In this document: piece after piece, positions 10,096-19,197 of the stretch | How the letters are laid out: every line of letters begins with the position of its first letter | Numbering within the stretch: the first letter of the stretch is position 1 | DNA from: Hyphomicrobiaceae bacterium | GTDB lineage: Bacteria; Pseudomonadota; Alphaproteobacteria; Rhizobiales; Hyphomicrobiaceae | Assembly (NCBI GenBank): GCA_044507625.1 | Contig: JBIQJE010000009.1 | Coordinates: 31,842-95,841, forward strand | DNA: 64,000 bases | Reading direction: 5' to 3' | Notes under the pieces: generated by a model | What the model was told of the DNA's origin: nothing | The model's database searches: none | The model's input: only the letters and a program-made list of their open reading frames with translations | Program-made: the position numbers and the translations under genes

Positions 10096-10187
10096 TGATG
10101 GCTCCCCGTATTGTCAGCCTGCAAAGCACCGGATGCTAGGATGCCGGTTTGCCCCGGGCAATATCCCTCGACGCTCGCCGCGTTTTT

Positions 10188-11204
10188 TCAGTGTGAGCGA
10201 TGCAGGCAGAACGCGATCACCTCCTGCATGGCCGCTTTCTCGGGCCGGTCGGGAAAGATCGCCAGGGCATCGTGGGCGATGGCCCCGTAGGAGCGGGCCC
10301 GCTCCATGGTCGCATCGAGCGCCCGATGCTGCTTCATCAGCGAGATCGCGCGTTCGAGATCGCCGTCCTCGATCTGGCCATCGGCGATGGTGCGCTTCCA
10401 GAAGCCGCGCTCCTCCTCGCTGCCCCTCCGGAACGACAGGATCACCGGCAGCGTGATCTTACCCTCGCGGAAGTCGTCCCCCGTCGCCTTGCCGAGGTTG
10501 GCGCTGTCGCCGGAATAGTCGAGTGCATCGTCGACGAGCTGGAAAGCGAGACCGAGATTGCGGCCATAGGCGCGCAGCGCCATCTGCTCCGCGGCAGGCC
10601 GGTTGGCGATGGCGGCGCCCACTTCGGCGGCGGCCGAGAACAGCGCCGCGGTCTTGGCGTTGATGATGGCGAGGTATTCGTCCTCGGTGGTCGTGGTGTT
10701 GTTGGCGGCGGCGAGCTGCATCACTTCGCCTTCGGCAATGACGGCAGCCGCGTTCGACAGAATCTTCAGCACCGGCAGCGAGCCGACATCCACCAGCATG
10801 CGGAACGCCTGGCCGAGCAGGAAATCGCCCACCAGCACGCTCGCCTGGTTGCCCCACAGCATGCGCGCGGTTTTCTTTCCGCGCCTCAGTCCGCTCTCGT
10901 CGACAACATCGTCGTGCAGCAGCGTCGCGGTGTGCATGAACTCGATCGCACTGGCGACGCGCACGTGCCCGGAGCCCTCCGAGTCGCACAGCCGGCAGGC
11001 GGCCAGCGCCAGCATCGGACGTAGCCGTTTGCCGCCGGAATCGATGAGGTGATGCGCCAGCTCCGGGATCAGCTCGACATCGGAAACATGCTTGTCGAGG
11101 ATGATCCGGTTGATCGCCTCCATGTCGCCCGCCACGAGGTCGAGAAGCGGCTGCAGGCTGGCCGGAGGGGTGCGGGCGGCATCGAGGGGTATGATCTGTG
11201 CCAA
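10188..11204 (-). CDS. ispB: polyprenyl (octaprenyl) diphosphate synthase
   Basis: Two Asp-rich motifs (LLHDDVVDES and FQLVDDALDY). The maximal ORF starts at TTG 11282. An internal TTG at 11204 gives a typical 338 aa. Confidence 0.88.
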   Translation of the reverse strand: MAQIIPLDAARTPPASLQPLLDLVAGDMEAINRIILDKHVSDVELIPELAHHLIDSGGKRLRPMLALAACRLCDSEGSGHVRVASAIEFMHTATLLHDDVVDESGLRRGKKTARMLWGNQASVLVGDFLLGQAFRMLVDVGSLPVLKILSNAAAVIAEGEVMQLAAANNTTTTEDEYLAIINAKTAALFSAAAEVGAAIANRPAAEQMALRAYGRNLGLAFQLVDDALDYSGDSANLGKATGDDFREGKITLPVILSFRRGSEEERGFWKRTIADGQIEDGDLERAISLMKQHRALDATMERARSYGAIAHDALAIFPDRPEKAAMQEVIAFCLHRSH

Positions 11205-11308
11205 GGACCTGTTTCCGAGTTGATTTCTTGGAAATGGTATAGCGTCGGCGAGGGGGGCAATACCAAGCAAACTTTGCCGCAAGCCCCCGCCCGGGCTACT
11301 TTACCCGC

Positions 11309-11533
11309 ATGCGCGATCTCGTGACGACGAACGACCCTGTGCTTCTCAGCTATCTGTTGGTGCTGCTGCAGGACGCAGGGATCGACGCTGAGGTATTCGA
11401 CGGCAACATGAGCATTGTCCAGGGCACGCTCGGGGCAGTGACGAAACGCCTGGCCGTGCCCGAGGACCGCTGGGACGCGGCGCGCCGGCTGCTGATCGAG
11501 GCTGACCTCGGTCAGTGGATGGTAAGGCCATGA
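11309..11533 (+). CDS. DUF2007-like small protein (putative signal-transducing protein)
   Basis: 74 aa. The TNDPVLLSYLLVLLQDAGI..MS..G pattern is typical of the family and it is divergent from ispB, as I recall for Rhizobiales. Confidence 0.65.
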   Translation: MRDLVTTNDPVLLSYLLVLLQDAGIDAEVFDGNMSIVQGTLGAVTKRLAVPEDRWDAARRLLIEADLGQWMVRP

Positions 11534-11536
11534 GGA

Positions 11537-12424
11537 GTGATGCTGCAACCCATGCCGCACCGCGGGCGAGGAAAGCCGTCTGCACCCGGAGTGCCCGCTG
11601 AGGGCAGAGATGCCATGGATCCCGATACGGCAATGGAGAGTATCCCGGCCGCCGCCGCTGAGCGGACGGACGACGCTTTCCTCGGTGGCGCGCTTTCCAT
11701 TCTGCAACTGCGCTCGGGCTATCGCGCGGGGCTCGATGCAGTGATGCTCGCGGCCGCCGTTCCGGACGCAAGGGATCGCCCCGTGCGCGTGCTCGACATC
11801 GGCGCGGGCGTCGGCACCGCAGGGCTGTGCGTCGCGCGTCGTCTGCCATCGGCCGAGGTGGTTTTGCTCGAACGGGAAAAGCAACTCGCGGACCTCGGCG
11901 CCGAGAATATCCGCCGCAATGGTTTTGCCGGACGCGTGCGCACCGTGGTGGCGGCGGTCGGTGCCGCGCCCGCGGAGCTGCGCGCGAATATGCTCGCCGA
12001 TGAGAGCTTCGACCACGTCATCGCCAACCCTCCCTATCACACAACGGGCGCGGGCACGCTTGCGCCCGACGCGCTGAAGGCGGGTGCGCACGCGATGGAC
12101 GGCGAGGAGCTCGAGCGCTGGGCCCGCTTCATGGCACGCATGGCGATTCCCGGCGGCACGGCGACGATCGTGCATAAGGCCGATGCACTCGCGTGCGTGC
12201 TAAGCGCGCTCGGAACACGCTTCGGCGCGTTGAAGGTCTTGCCGCTCCATCCGCGGCCCGGCGCACCGGCGAGCCGCGTGCTCGTGCAGGGTATAAAGGG
12301 CAGCAAGGCGCCGCTGCAGATACTGCCCGGCTTTGTCCTGCATGGAGACGGCAATGGGTTTACGGGCGCCGCACAGGAAGTCCTGCGCAACGGCGCGCCG
12401 CTGCCGCTGATCGGCACGCGCTGA
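11537..12424 (+). CDS. SAM-dependent N6-adenine methyltransferase, tRNA1(Val) m6A37 (TrmN6/YfiC)-like
   Basis: VLDIGAGVGTAGL SAM motif and NPPY catalytic motif (IANPPYH). The true start is uncertain (11537-11633). Confidence 0.75.
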   Translation: MMLQPMPHRGRGKPSAPGVPAEGRDAMDPDTAMESIPAAAAERTDDAFLGGALSILQLRSGYRAGLDAVMLAAAVPDARDRPVRVLDIGAGVGTAGLCVARRLPSAEVVLLEREKQLADLGAENIRRNGFAGRVRTVVAAVGAAPAELRANMLADESFDHVIANPPYHTTGAGTLAPDALKAGAHAMDGEELERWARFMARMAIPGGTATIVHKADALACVLSALGTRFGALKVLPLHPRPGAPASRVLVQGIKGSKAPLQILPGFVLHGDGNGFTGAAQEVLRNGAPLPLIGTR

Positions 12425-12505
12425 CCACGATAGCTGGCGGCGCCACCCGCGATGGCCTAAAACTTTCCGCTCCGCCCACCACCAATCTGTCAGCGAGGCC
12501 CCTGC

Positions 12506-13348
12506 ATGTGGTTCTTCGGCCAAGGTCCAGTCGTTCCGGTGCTGCGCTTTTCCGGTCCCATCGGTATGGCGACGCCGTTGCGTCCGGGTCTTTCCATCGC
12601 CCATTCCGCTGCTGCGATCGAGAAAGCGTTCAGCTTTTCGAAGTGCCCGGCCGTTGCGGTGGTGATCAACTCGCCCGGCGGATCGGCCGTGCAGTCGAGC
12701 CTGATGTTCCAGCGCATGCGCAAGCTCGCGGAGGAAAAGAAGAAGACCATCTATACCTTCTGCGAGGATGTCGCCGCGTCGGGCGGCTATTATCTCGCGC
12801 TCGCGGGCGATGAGATCTACGCCGATGCTTCGTCCATCGTCGGCTCGATCGGCGTGATCTTTTCCGGCTTCGGCTTCGACAAGGCGATCGACAAGCTCGG
12901 CATCGAACGGCGCATCTACACGGCGGGCGACATGAAAGATGCGCTCGACCCCTTCCGTCCCGAGCGCGCCGCGGATGTTGAGCGCATAAAGAGCGTTCAG
13001 CGCGACGTGCACGATGTTTTCATCGGCGTCGTGAAAGAAAGACGCGCCGGTCGCCTCCGGAGCAGCGACGCCGAGCTCTTCTCCGGGGCATTTTGGTCGG
13101 GTCCGAAGGCACTGGAGCTGGGCCTCGTCGACGGCATCGCCGATGTGCGCGGGAAGATGCGCGAGATCTACGGCGACAAGGTTCGCCTCAAGGTGGTGCC
13201 GCTCGACAGGGGTGGCCTTTTGGGGCGTTTGCGGCGTTCTCCCGCCACCACAGGTTACGGGGAATTAACTGGCGGTAGGCTTGCCTTTGCCGAGGATGTC
13301 ATATCGGCAATCGAAGCGCGGGCATTGTGGTCGCGCTTCGGACTCTAG
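12506..13348 (+). CDS. S49 family peptidase (SppA-like)
   Basis: INSPGGS..VAASGGYYLA..GSIGV motifs over 280 aa. Confidence 0.85.
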   Translation: MWFFGQGPVVPVLRFSGPIGMATPLRPGLSIAHSAAAIEKAFSFSKCPAVAVVINSPGGSAVQSSLMFQRMRKLAEEKKKTIYTFCEDVAASGGYYLALAGDEIYADASSIVGSIGVIFSGFGFDKAIDKLGIERRIYTAGDMKDALDPFRPERAADVERIKSVQRDVHDVFIGVVKERRAGRLRSSDAELFSGAFWSGPKALELGLVDGIADVRGKMREIYGDKVRLKVVPLDRGGLLGRLRRSPATTGYGELTGGRLAFAEDVISAIEARALWSRFGL

Positions 13349-13396
13349 GATTTGCCAGCGTTCGCGTAGTTGGCAGCGTGATTGGAGAGAGTGACA

Positions 13397-13612
13397 ATGA
13401 TGCCCCATGTCATTGCCGCGGTACTCATTGGAGCCGGCATCGCGGCCGGCATGAAGTGGTTCGCTCGGGAAGTGGTGCGCACGGCTGACGCGCGCGCCGC
13501 GCAGGAGCAGGTGGTCAACGGTCCGCTGGCGACCGTGCCGAAGGACCTTGGCGCGCTCGTGTGGGACGCCGATGCCGGGGTCTACCGGCCGAGCGAGCAC
13601 GACGCCATCTGA
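13397..13612 (+). CDS. small membrane protein, unknown function
   Basis: ATG preceded by GGAGAGAG. One N-terminal TM helix (VIAAVLIGAGIAAG). Confidence 0.45.
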   Translation: MMPHVIAAVLIGAGIAAGMKWFAREVVRTADARAAQEQVVNGPLATVPKDLGALVWDADAGVYRPSEHDAI

Positions 13613-13695
13613 TGGCTCCAGCGACGTCGTAAATCCGCTCCCGATCCGTTACGTGCCCGGGATCGCATGCCCCTACGTCAATCGAGAGGAACGCT

Positions 13696-13893
13696 ATGGC
13701 CGCGCCCGACTCTGCCCTGCTCGCCGACATCGACAACCGCATTGCCATTCTGCGCGACAACCTGCGCGAGCTTGTCGAGCAGGCAGCCGCCTACTCGGGC
13801 GCAGCCGATGATAGCCTTATATCTGACCGTATTGCCGACCAGCAGGCGAAGCTCGACGCGCTGCTTGCCGAGCGTGACCGGCTGGCGAAATAG
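13696..13893 (+). CDS. small coiled-coil protein, unknown function
   Basis: 65-aa ORF with heptad-like L/I spacing and high-GC3 codons. Nothing else supports it. Confidence 0.4.
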   Translation: MAAPDSALLADIDNRIAILRDNLRELVEQAAAYSGAADDSLISDRIADQQAKLDALLAERDRLAK

Positions 13894-13916
13894 CCAGCCG
13901 ACCGACGCCGCGCCGT

Positions 13917-14237
13917 TCAGGCGTTCGACGAATATTTCATCAGCGCGATGCCACTGACGATGAGCAGCGCCGCGGCAACGCGCGCCACCGTCACCTGCTC
14001 ACCCAGTACGGCGACGCCGACGCAGAACGCGCCGATCGCGCCGACTCCCGTCCACACCGTGTAGGCGGTGCCGAGCGGCAGCAGACGCATGGCATAGGCG
14101 AGCAGGCCGATAGAGGCCGCCATTACGATGATCGTCACGATCGAAGGGACGAGGCGTGTGAAGCCATGAGACTGCTTCATATAGAAGGCCCATACGACCT
14201 CCAGCACACCCGCAATTAACAACGCGATCCAGGCCAT
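13917..14237 (-). CDS. sugE: SMR-family guanidinium exporter (SugE/Gdx)
   Basis: MAWIALLIAGVLEVVWA..GTAYTVWTGVGA aligns by eye with E. coli SugE. GAGGAGG lies 6 nt upstream of ATG 14237. An in-frame upstream ATG at 14279 is less likely. Confidence 0.88.
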   Translation of the reverse strand: MAWIALLIAGVLEVVWAFYMKQSHGFTRLVPSIVTIIVMAASIGLLAYAMRLLPLGTAYTVWTGVGAIGAFCVGVAVLGEQVTVARVAAALLIVSGIALMKYSSNA

Positions 14238-14330
14238 CTGGCCCCTCCTCAATTTGAAGAGCCGGGCCGTCCCGGACATTGCACCCTGCCAGTGCAGGGA
14301 CGAGGGCGTTGCCTCGTCCCCTGATCTAAG
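14238..14330 (-). promoter_or_regulatory. structured 5' leader of gdx; candidate guanidine-II (mini-ykkC)-like element
   Basis: The minus-strand RNA contains CCGGG-ACGG-CCCGG (14275-14262), a 5-bp stem with an ACGR tetraloop. It also contains GGGACGAGG-CAACGC-CCUCGUCCC (14320-14297), a 9-bp stem with a non-canonical loop, and a competing CCCUGC-ACUG-GCAGGG hairpin. Confidence 0.35.
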
Positions 14331-14430
14331 CCCCCAGGCCGCGACGTCAAGCGGGCCCTTTGGCGCAGAGAAGATAGAAGTTTCGTGTGCGGAGTGTGCC
14401 TCTTGCTAACCCTATCCGGCGGTTTTCGGG

Positions 14431-15006
14431 TCAGCCCATCGCGCGCCGGTCTTCCGCGTCGTTCGGCTCGCTGAAACGTAGCTTGTTCCCGAACGGATCG
14501 CCGACCTGCATCATCTTCGCATCCCACACGGCCTCTTCCAGGCCGGGCTTATAATACTTGTAGTCCTTCCCGATGAGCTCGGCGTGATAGGCCGCAATGC
14601 CTCGCATCCAGATGAAAACCGTCGAGCCGGGGCTGGCATCGCCGTGGTGCTCGCTGAGGTGCAGCCTGAGGCCGGCGCGCGAAATCTGCGCATAGAGCGG
14701 GAAATTGTCGCTGAAGCGGTGCTCCCAATCGATCGTGAAGCCGAGAAAGTCGACGTAGAACTCCTTCGCCTTCTCCACCGAGAAGATGCGCAGGATGGGT
14801 ATGGCATCCGAGAAACGGATTTCGCCGTCCGCGTGCTTTGCCCGGTCGGCGGCTTCGATCTTGGCCGACAGTACGTTCCAGTTCGGCGTCTCGAACTGAC
14901 GCGCAACGATCTCCAGGCACTCGGCATGGCTGAGCGTTGCGTTTTTCTCGGCGAGGGCTTCGCGCAGAGCGCGTGCCATCGCCTTGGCATCGGTGAATGT
15001 GCGCAT
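14431..15006 (-). CDS. glyoxalase/bleomycin-resistance (VOC) superfamily protein
   Basis: The C-terminal half (PILRIFSVEKAKEFYVDFLGF..LHLSEHHGD..) is VOC-like. The N-terminal helical domain (LSHAECLEIVARQFE..NWNVL) fits the glyoxalase-related pattern. ATG 15006 is preferred. Confidence 0.8.
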   Translation of the reverse strand: MRTFTDAKAMARALREALAEKNATLSHAECLEIVARQFETPNWNVLSAKIEAADRAKHADGEIRFSDAIPILRIFSVEKAKEFYVDFLGFTIDWEHRFSDNFPLYAQISRAGLRLHLSEHHGDASPGSTVFIWMRGIAAYHAELIGKDYKYYKPGLEEAVWDAKMMQVGDPFGNKLRFSEPNDAEDRRAMG

Positions 15007-15205
15007 ATCGATCCTTGGGCGTTGCGGGCGAACGAGAAAGATCAGCGCTTGCATTGCCGACCCGTTCGCCTTGGAGGCCGAAGGATCAAAGTATCGAAGG
15101 ATGCATTCACCTAACCCGGAAAGGCGCAAGCGGCGGGCTGCATCGGCCCTGCCGCAGCCTATGGGCGATCCCGGCCGTCCGTCAATACGCGAGCGGAAAA
15201 CGGCC

Positions 15206-16195
15206 TTACGGTATGCTGAGCTGATAGGTATGCGTCAGCCACCGGTAGCCGCCTTCCGGTCGGCGCTCGACATAGCCCAGCGACGGGAAGGGCATGTGAT
15301 AGCCCTGCACGGGGATCCGGTCGGTTGCCGCCATGTCGTAGATGCGCCGGCGCGTTTCGACACCCTGCTCTTTGTCGGAATCGAACACGCAATGCCAGTC
15401 CGGCCGCGCCAGCGAGGCCACCTGATGGTGCGCACAGTCGCCCCAGAAGAGCATGGTCTTGCCATCGCTCTCGAGGATGAACGCCAGGTGTCCCGGGGTA
15501 TGCCCCGGTGCCGCGAGGGAGCGGATGCCGCTGACGACATCATCGCCTGGCTTGATGAAGGTAATGCGGTCGCGCACCGGCACGACGTTGGTGCGGAACA
15601 CGTCCGCCATCAGCTTGCCGAGCTCGCTGGTATGGATGCCTTCCTGCGTCCAGTGGTCGTACTCGGTGCCGGCGATGACGTAGCGCGCGTTGGAGAAGAG
15701 CGGTTTGCCGCCTTCCATGATGCCGCCCACGTGGTCGATATGGCCGTGCGAAATGATCACCACATCGATCTGCTCCGGGGTGAACCCGGCGGGCGCGAGT
15801 TGCGCGGCGAGCCAGCCGCCGTCCGGCCGCTTCACGAATCCGTTCGCGCCGTTGCCCGTATCGAAGAGGACCAGCTCTTTGCCCGTGTTGACGACCATCG
15901 GGGTGAACCCCGGCTGATATGTTTTGGGCGGCAGGAGGTTGTCGACCATCAGCTTCTGCACGTCCGCCTCGGCGGCGTTGGCGCCGATGATAGGAAATGG
16001 CCCGTCGATGAAAGCATCGGAGTCCGGGAGCATCGTCAGCTCGAACGATCCGAGCCTGAAGCGGCGCCAGGTGGATGCGCCCAGTCCGAGCTTGGGCGCC
16101 GATGCCATGGCCGTGGAAGGGAGCAGCGAGGTTGCGAGCGGCAATGCGGCTAGCCCGGTGGCAGCGCCCAGCAGTCCCCTGCGGGAAATCTGCAT
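15206..16195 (-). CDS. Tat-exported MBL-fold metallo-hydrolase (lactonase-like)
   Basis: Twin-arginine signal (MQISRRGLLGAATGLAALPLA) and HxHxDH motif (SHGHIDHVGG). The maximal ORF starts at 16261. Confidence 0.85.
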   Translation of the reverse strand: MQISRRGLLGAATGLAALPLATSLLPSTAMASAPKLGLGASTWRRFRLGSFELTMLPDSDAFIDGPFPIIGANAAEADVQKLMVDNLLPPKTYQPGFTPMVVNTGKELVLFDTGNGANGFVKRPDGGWLAAQLAPAGFTPEQIDVVIISHGHIDHVGGIMEGGKPLFSNARYVIAGTEYDHWTQEGIHTSELGKLMADVFRTNVVPVRDRITFIKPGDDVVSGIRSLAAPGHTPGHLAFILESDGKTMLFWGDCAHHQVASLARPDWHCVFDSDKEQGVETRRRIYDMAATDRIPVQGYHMPFPSLGYVERRPEGGYRWLTHTYQLSIP

Positions 16196-16294
16196 TGTCC
16201 CGGCGTCGGCCCCGTGCCCGTTCAGCTTCTCAGCCATTGCCACTTTGTCCATCCTCTGCAACCTTGCCGGCGTCCCACACAGCAGAGGATAGCG

Positions 16295-17071
16295 ATGGCC
16301 ATTCGGGGCGCCTTGAACGAACGTGCTGCGGCGCCGCCGGCGTCAGCCGCCAGCCTTTGGCATGTCGATGCCGGCTGGGCGATGTTTGCCGGCCCGCTGC
16401 ATCACAATGCGCTCCATGCCCACAGCGCCGCCGTCTACCTCGCCGGGCTCTACGGGACGTTCCGGCTCCGCATCCGCGACGGTGACTGGGTCCTCTGCCG
16501 CAGCGCGGTCATCCGCGCGGGCACGCCGTACGAGTTCGATGTCGCGGGCGATCCGCTCGGGGTTTTCTATCTCGAGCCCAATCTTGGCGGTGCAGACGCG
16601 CTCGCCGTGCTCACCGGCAGCAATGAGGAAATCGGCGGCGCGCTGGTCGGCCGGCGCGATCGCTCCCTGCTGCGGGCGTGCTTCGAGCGCCGTTCCGATG
16701 CCGGTGAGATGCACGCCGCTATGATGGAGCTGCTGCAGTACGGCGCCCGCCGCACGCACCGCAGCGTCGACATGCGTATCACGCGTGCCGTCGAGCAAAT
16801 GCAAATGCTGACGCCGGAATCGTACGCGACGGTCTCGGCCGCGGAGGCCGCGGGGCTGTCGGCGTCACGCTTCCAGCACCTGTTCACGCGGGAGGTCGGC
16901 GTTCCATTCCGGCGCTATCGCCTTTGGCACCGCCTGCGCATGGCCATCCGCGAGGCTGCGCGGGGCGCGAGCCTGACGAATGCCGCCCACACGGCCGGAT
17001 TTGCCGATCAGGCGCATTTCAGCCGCGCATTCCGGGCGGCCTTCGGCGCACCGCCCTCGCGCGGCCTCTAG
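16295..17071 (+). CDS. AraC family transcriptional regulator
   Basis: C-terminal AraC HTH (SRFQHLFTREVGVPFRRY..AGFADQAHFSRAFRAAFG). Divergent from the MBL hydrolase. ATG 16295 is preceded by AGAGGA. Confidence 0.85.
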   Translation: MAIRGALNERAAAPPASAASLWHVDAGWAMFAGPLHHNALHAHSAAVYLAGLYGTFRLRIRDGDWVLCRSAVIRAGTPYEFDVAGDPLGVFYLEPNLGGADALAVLTGSNEEIGGALVGRRDRSLLRACFERRSDAGEMHAAMMELLQYGARRTHRSVDMRITRAVEQMQMLTPESYATVSAAEAAGLSASRFQHLFTREVGVPFRRYRLWHRLRMAIREAARGASLTNAAHTAGFADQAHFSRAFRAAFGAPPSRGL

Positions 17072-17072
17072 C

Positions 17073-17227
17073 GTGCTTCCGGAAAAGTGGACACCGGTTT
17101 TCCGACAAGAAGCACGTCACGTAATCCCGTGCTTCCGGAAAAGTGGACACCGGTTTTCCGACAAGAAGCACGTCACGTAATCCCGTGCTTCCGGAAAAGT
17201 GGGCACCGGTTTTCCGACGAGAAGCAC
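17073..17227 (+). repeat. 3 tandem copies (period 56 bp) of a 43-nt hairpin element
   Basis: GTGCTTCCGGAAAAGTGGACACCGGTTTTCCGACAAGAAGCAC occurs at 17073, 17129 and 17185. The arms are GTGCTTC/GAAGCAC and CGGAAAA/TTTTCCG. The same family recurs at 31181-31333. Confidence 0.88.
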
Positions 17228-17269
17228 GCCCCTTCCGGAAACGTAGGAACGCAACGACCGGAGTGCGCC

Positions 17270-17920
17270 TTGACCATCGCCATTTCACGCCTCAACGCCG
17301 GCTCGGACTCGCGCTTCGATGCGGCGATCGGCATTTATCGCGATGCAATCGATCCATCGGAGCAGAAGTCGCCCGACGTGCTGCGCGCCCAAATCGAGGA
17401 TTCCCGCTTCAACTTCCTCGTTGCCGAGAAGGAGGGCGTCGTCGTCGGCTTCGCCATCGTGTTCATACCGGCGTCGCGCGATTTCTGGCTGCTCGAATAT
17501 ATGGCTGTCGATGCAACGGCGCGCTCGTCCGGTTTCGGATCGCACCTCTTCGCGGCCGCCATCGCGTATGGCGCCCGGCATACCGATAACGCGCCCGGGA
17601 TCCTGGAAGTTGAAAAGCCGGGCGGCGGCGTTGGCGAGGCCGATCCCATGCGCCGCCGCCTATCCTTCTATGACAGGAAGGGCTGCCGCATGGTCAGCGG
17701 GCTCGATTACATCCTGCCGCCGCTTATGCCGGGCACCACGCCGCCGCCGATGATGCTGCTCGTCCACGACGCGCCGGACCGCACGGCGCTCGGACGGGCG
17801 ACGCTGGCGGGCTGGCTGGCAACGCTCTACCGCGACGTCTACGGCCAGCGCACGGACGATCCCCGCCTCGCCGCGATGCTGGCGCCGCTTCCCGATCCCG
17901 TCGCCCTCACGGGCATCTGA
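17270..17920 (+). CDS. GNAT family N-acetyltransferase
   Basis: TTG start with GGAG 6 nt upstream. Acetyl-CoA motif RSSGFGSHLF. The part of ORF 17087.. upstream of 17270 is just translated repeat. Confidence 0.7.
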   Translation: MTIAISRLNAGSDSRFDAAIGIYRDAIDPSEQKSPDVLRAQIEDSRFNFLVAEKEGVVVGFAIVFIPASRDFWLLEYMAVDATARSSGFGSHLFAAAIAYGARHTDNAPGILEVEKPGGGVGEADPMRRRLSFYDRKGCRMVSGLDYILPPLMPGTTPPPMMLLVHDAPDRTALGRATLAGWLATLYRDVYGQRTDDPRLAAMLAPLPDPVALTGI

Positions 17921-18004
17921 CCGCCGACAGCGCGCGCGTAGAGGCTGCTCGCGTGACAGGCCCGGTGATGTGCGTATAGTGCGGCCGAACTCAGCCAGGG
18001 CCCC

Positions 18005-18970
18005 ATGATGCCGACCTCAGACGTCACGAAGACTGCCGCCCGCGCGCATGCCCTCGAGGTAGCGCCGCTGCACCCGGCCAAGTCGTTCCAGGATCTCATT
18101 TTCGCCCTGCAGCGCTTCTGGGCGGAGCAGGGCTGCGTCGTCCTGCAGCCCTACGACATGGAGGTTGGCGCCGGCACGTTCCATCCCGCGACGACCTTGC
18201 GCGCGCTGGGTCCCAAGCCGTGGAACGCCTGCTACGTGCAGCCGTCCCGCCGCCCCAAGGACGGCCGCTACGGCGAGAACCCGAATCGCCTGCAGCACTA
18301 CTACCAGCTCCAGGCGATCATGAAGCCGGCTCCCGCCGACATCCAGGACCTCTACCTCGAAAGTCTGCGCCGCATCGGCCTCGTGCCGGAGCTGCACGAC
18401 ATCCGCTTCGTGGAGGACGACTGGGAAAGCCCGACCCTCGGCGCCTGGGGCCTCGGCTGGGAGGTGTGGTGCGATGGCATGGAGGTGACGCAGTTCACCT
18501 ACTTCCAGCAGGTGGGCGGCTTCGATTGCGACATCGTCGCGGCCGAGATCACCTATGGCCTTGAACGGCTTGCCATGTACGTCCAGGGCGTCGACCGGGT
18601 GTTCGATCTGTCCTTCAACGGCCGCAAGGATCAGCGCGCGCTCTCCTATGGCGACGTGTTTCTCCAGGCCGAGCAGGAATACTCGCGCTTCAACTTCGAG
18701 CACGCCGACACGACCCTTTTGCTCCAGCACTTCACCGACGCGGAGAAGGAGTGCAAGGCGCTGCTGGACAAGGGCGAAACGCCCGAAGGCCGCCACCTGA
18801 TGGCGCTGCCGGCCTACGACCAGTGCATCAAGGCCTCGCACATTTTCAACCTGCTGGATGCCCGCGGCGTCATTTCCGTCACCGAGCGGCAGAGCTATAT
18901 TCTGCGCGTGCGCGAGCTGGCCAAGGCCTGCTGCGCCGCATGGCTCAAGACCGCGGGAGGCGGTGCATGA
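18005..18970 (+). CDS. glyQ: glycine--tRNA ligase alpha subunit
   Basis: [35 protein letters not shown].. is the canonical GlyQ sequence. Confidence 0.95.
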   Translation: MMPTSDVTKTAARAHALEVAPLHPAKSFQDLIFALQRFWAEQGCVVLQPYDMEVGAGTFHPATTLRALGPKPWNACYVQPSRRPKDGRYGENPNRLQHYYQLQAIMKPAPADIQDLYLESLRRIGLVPELHDIRFVEDDWESPTLGAWGLGWEVWCDGMEVTQFTYFQQVGGFDCDIVAAEITYGLERLAMYVQGVDRVFDLSFNGRKDQRALSYGDVFLQAEQEYSRFNFEHADTTLLLQHFTDAEKECKALLDKGETPEGRHLMALPAYDQCIKASHIFNLLDARGVISVTERQSYILRVRELAKACCAAWLKTAGGGA

Positions 18971-19194
18971 TCTCTCCGATTGTTACCGGCGCACTGGCGA
19001 TTGCGGTGCCTGCTCTGCTGGTGGCCTACTTCGCTTTCTTTTGGCGCCGGCGCCCGATTTTCTGGTTCGTTGTCGCGCTGGTGCTGGTAGCGCTGGGCTA
19101 TCTCGGATCGACGGGCGCGTTGGAGGATATCGGCACCGCGATCATCGGCGAAGGGCCGGTCACCGTGCCCGAGCCTTCGCCTGTCTCACCCTGA
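18967..19194 (+). CDS. small two-TM membrane protein, unknown
   Basis: The ATG overlaps the glyQ stop (ATGA). 75 aa: [43 protein letters not shown]. Confidence 0.5.
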   Translation: MISPIVTGALAIAVPALLVAYFAFFWRRRPIFWFVVALVLVALGYLGSTGALEDIGTAIIGEGPVTVPEPSPVSP

Positions 19195-19197
19195 GGA

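Noticed and set aside
14262-14320. Guanidine-III (ykkC-III) pseudoknot in the gdx leader
   Set aside because: GGACGAGG resembles the start of the ykkC-III consensus as I recall it. However, I could not build the required P1/P2 pseudoknot pairings. The region is better described as simple hairpins.
17019-17288. 66-89-aa ORFs and the N-terminal part of ORF 17087.. encoding FRKSGHRFSDKKHVT-type repeats (also 30878..31339 and 30676..31284 on the minus strand)
   Set aside because: These are translations of the tandem hairpin repeats in several frames, not genes. The GNAT gene more plausibly starts at TTG 17270, which has an SD.
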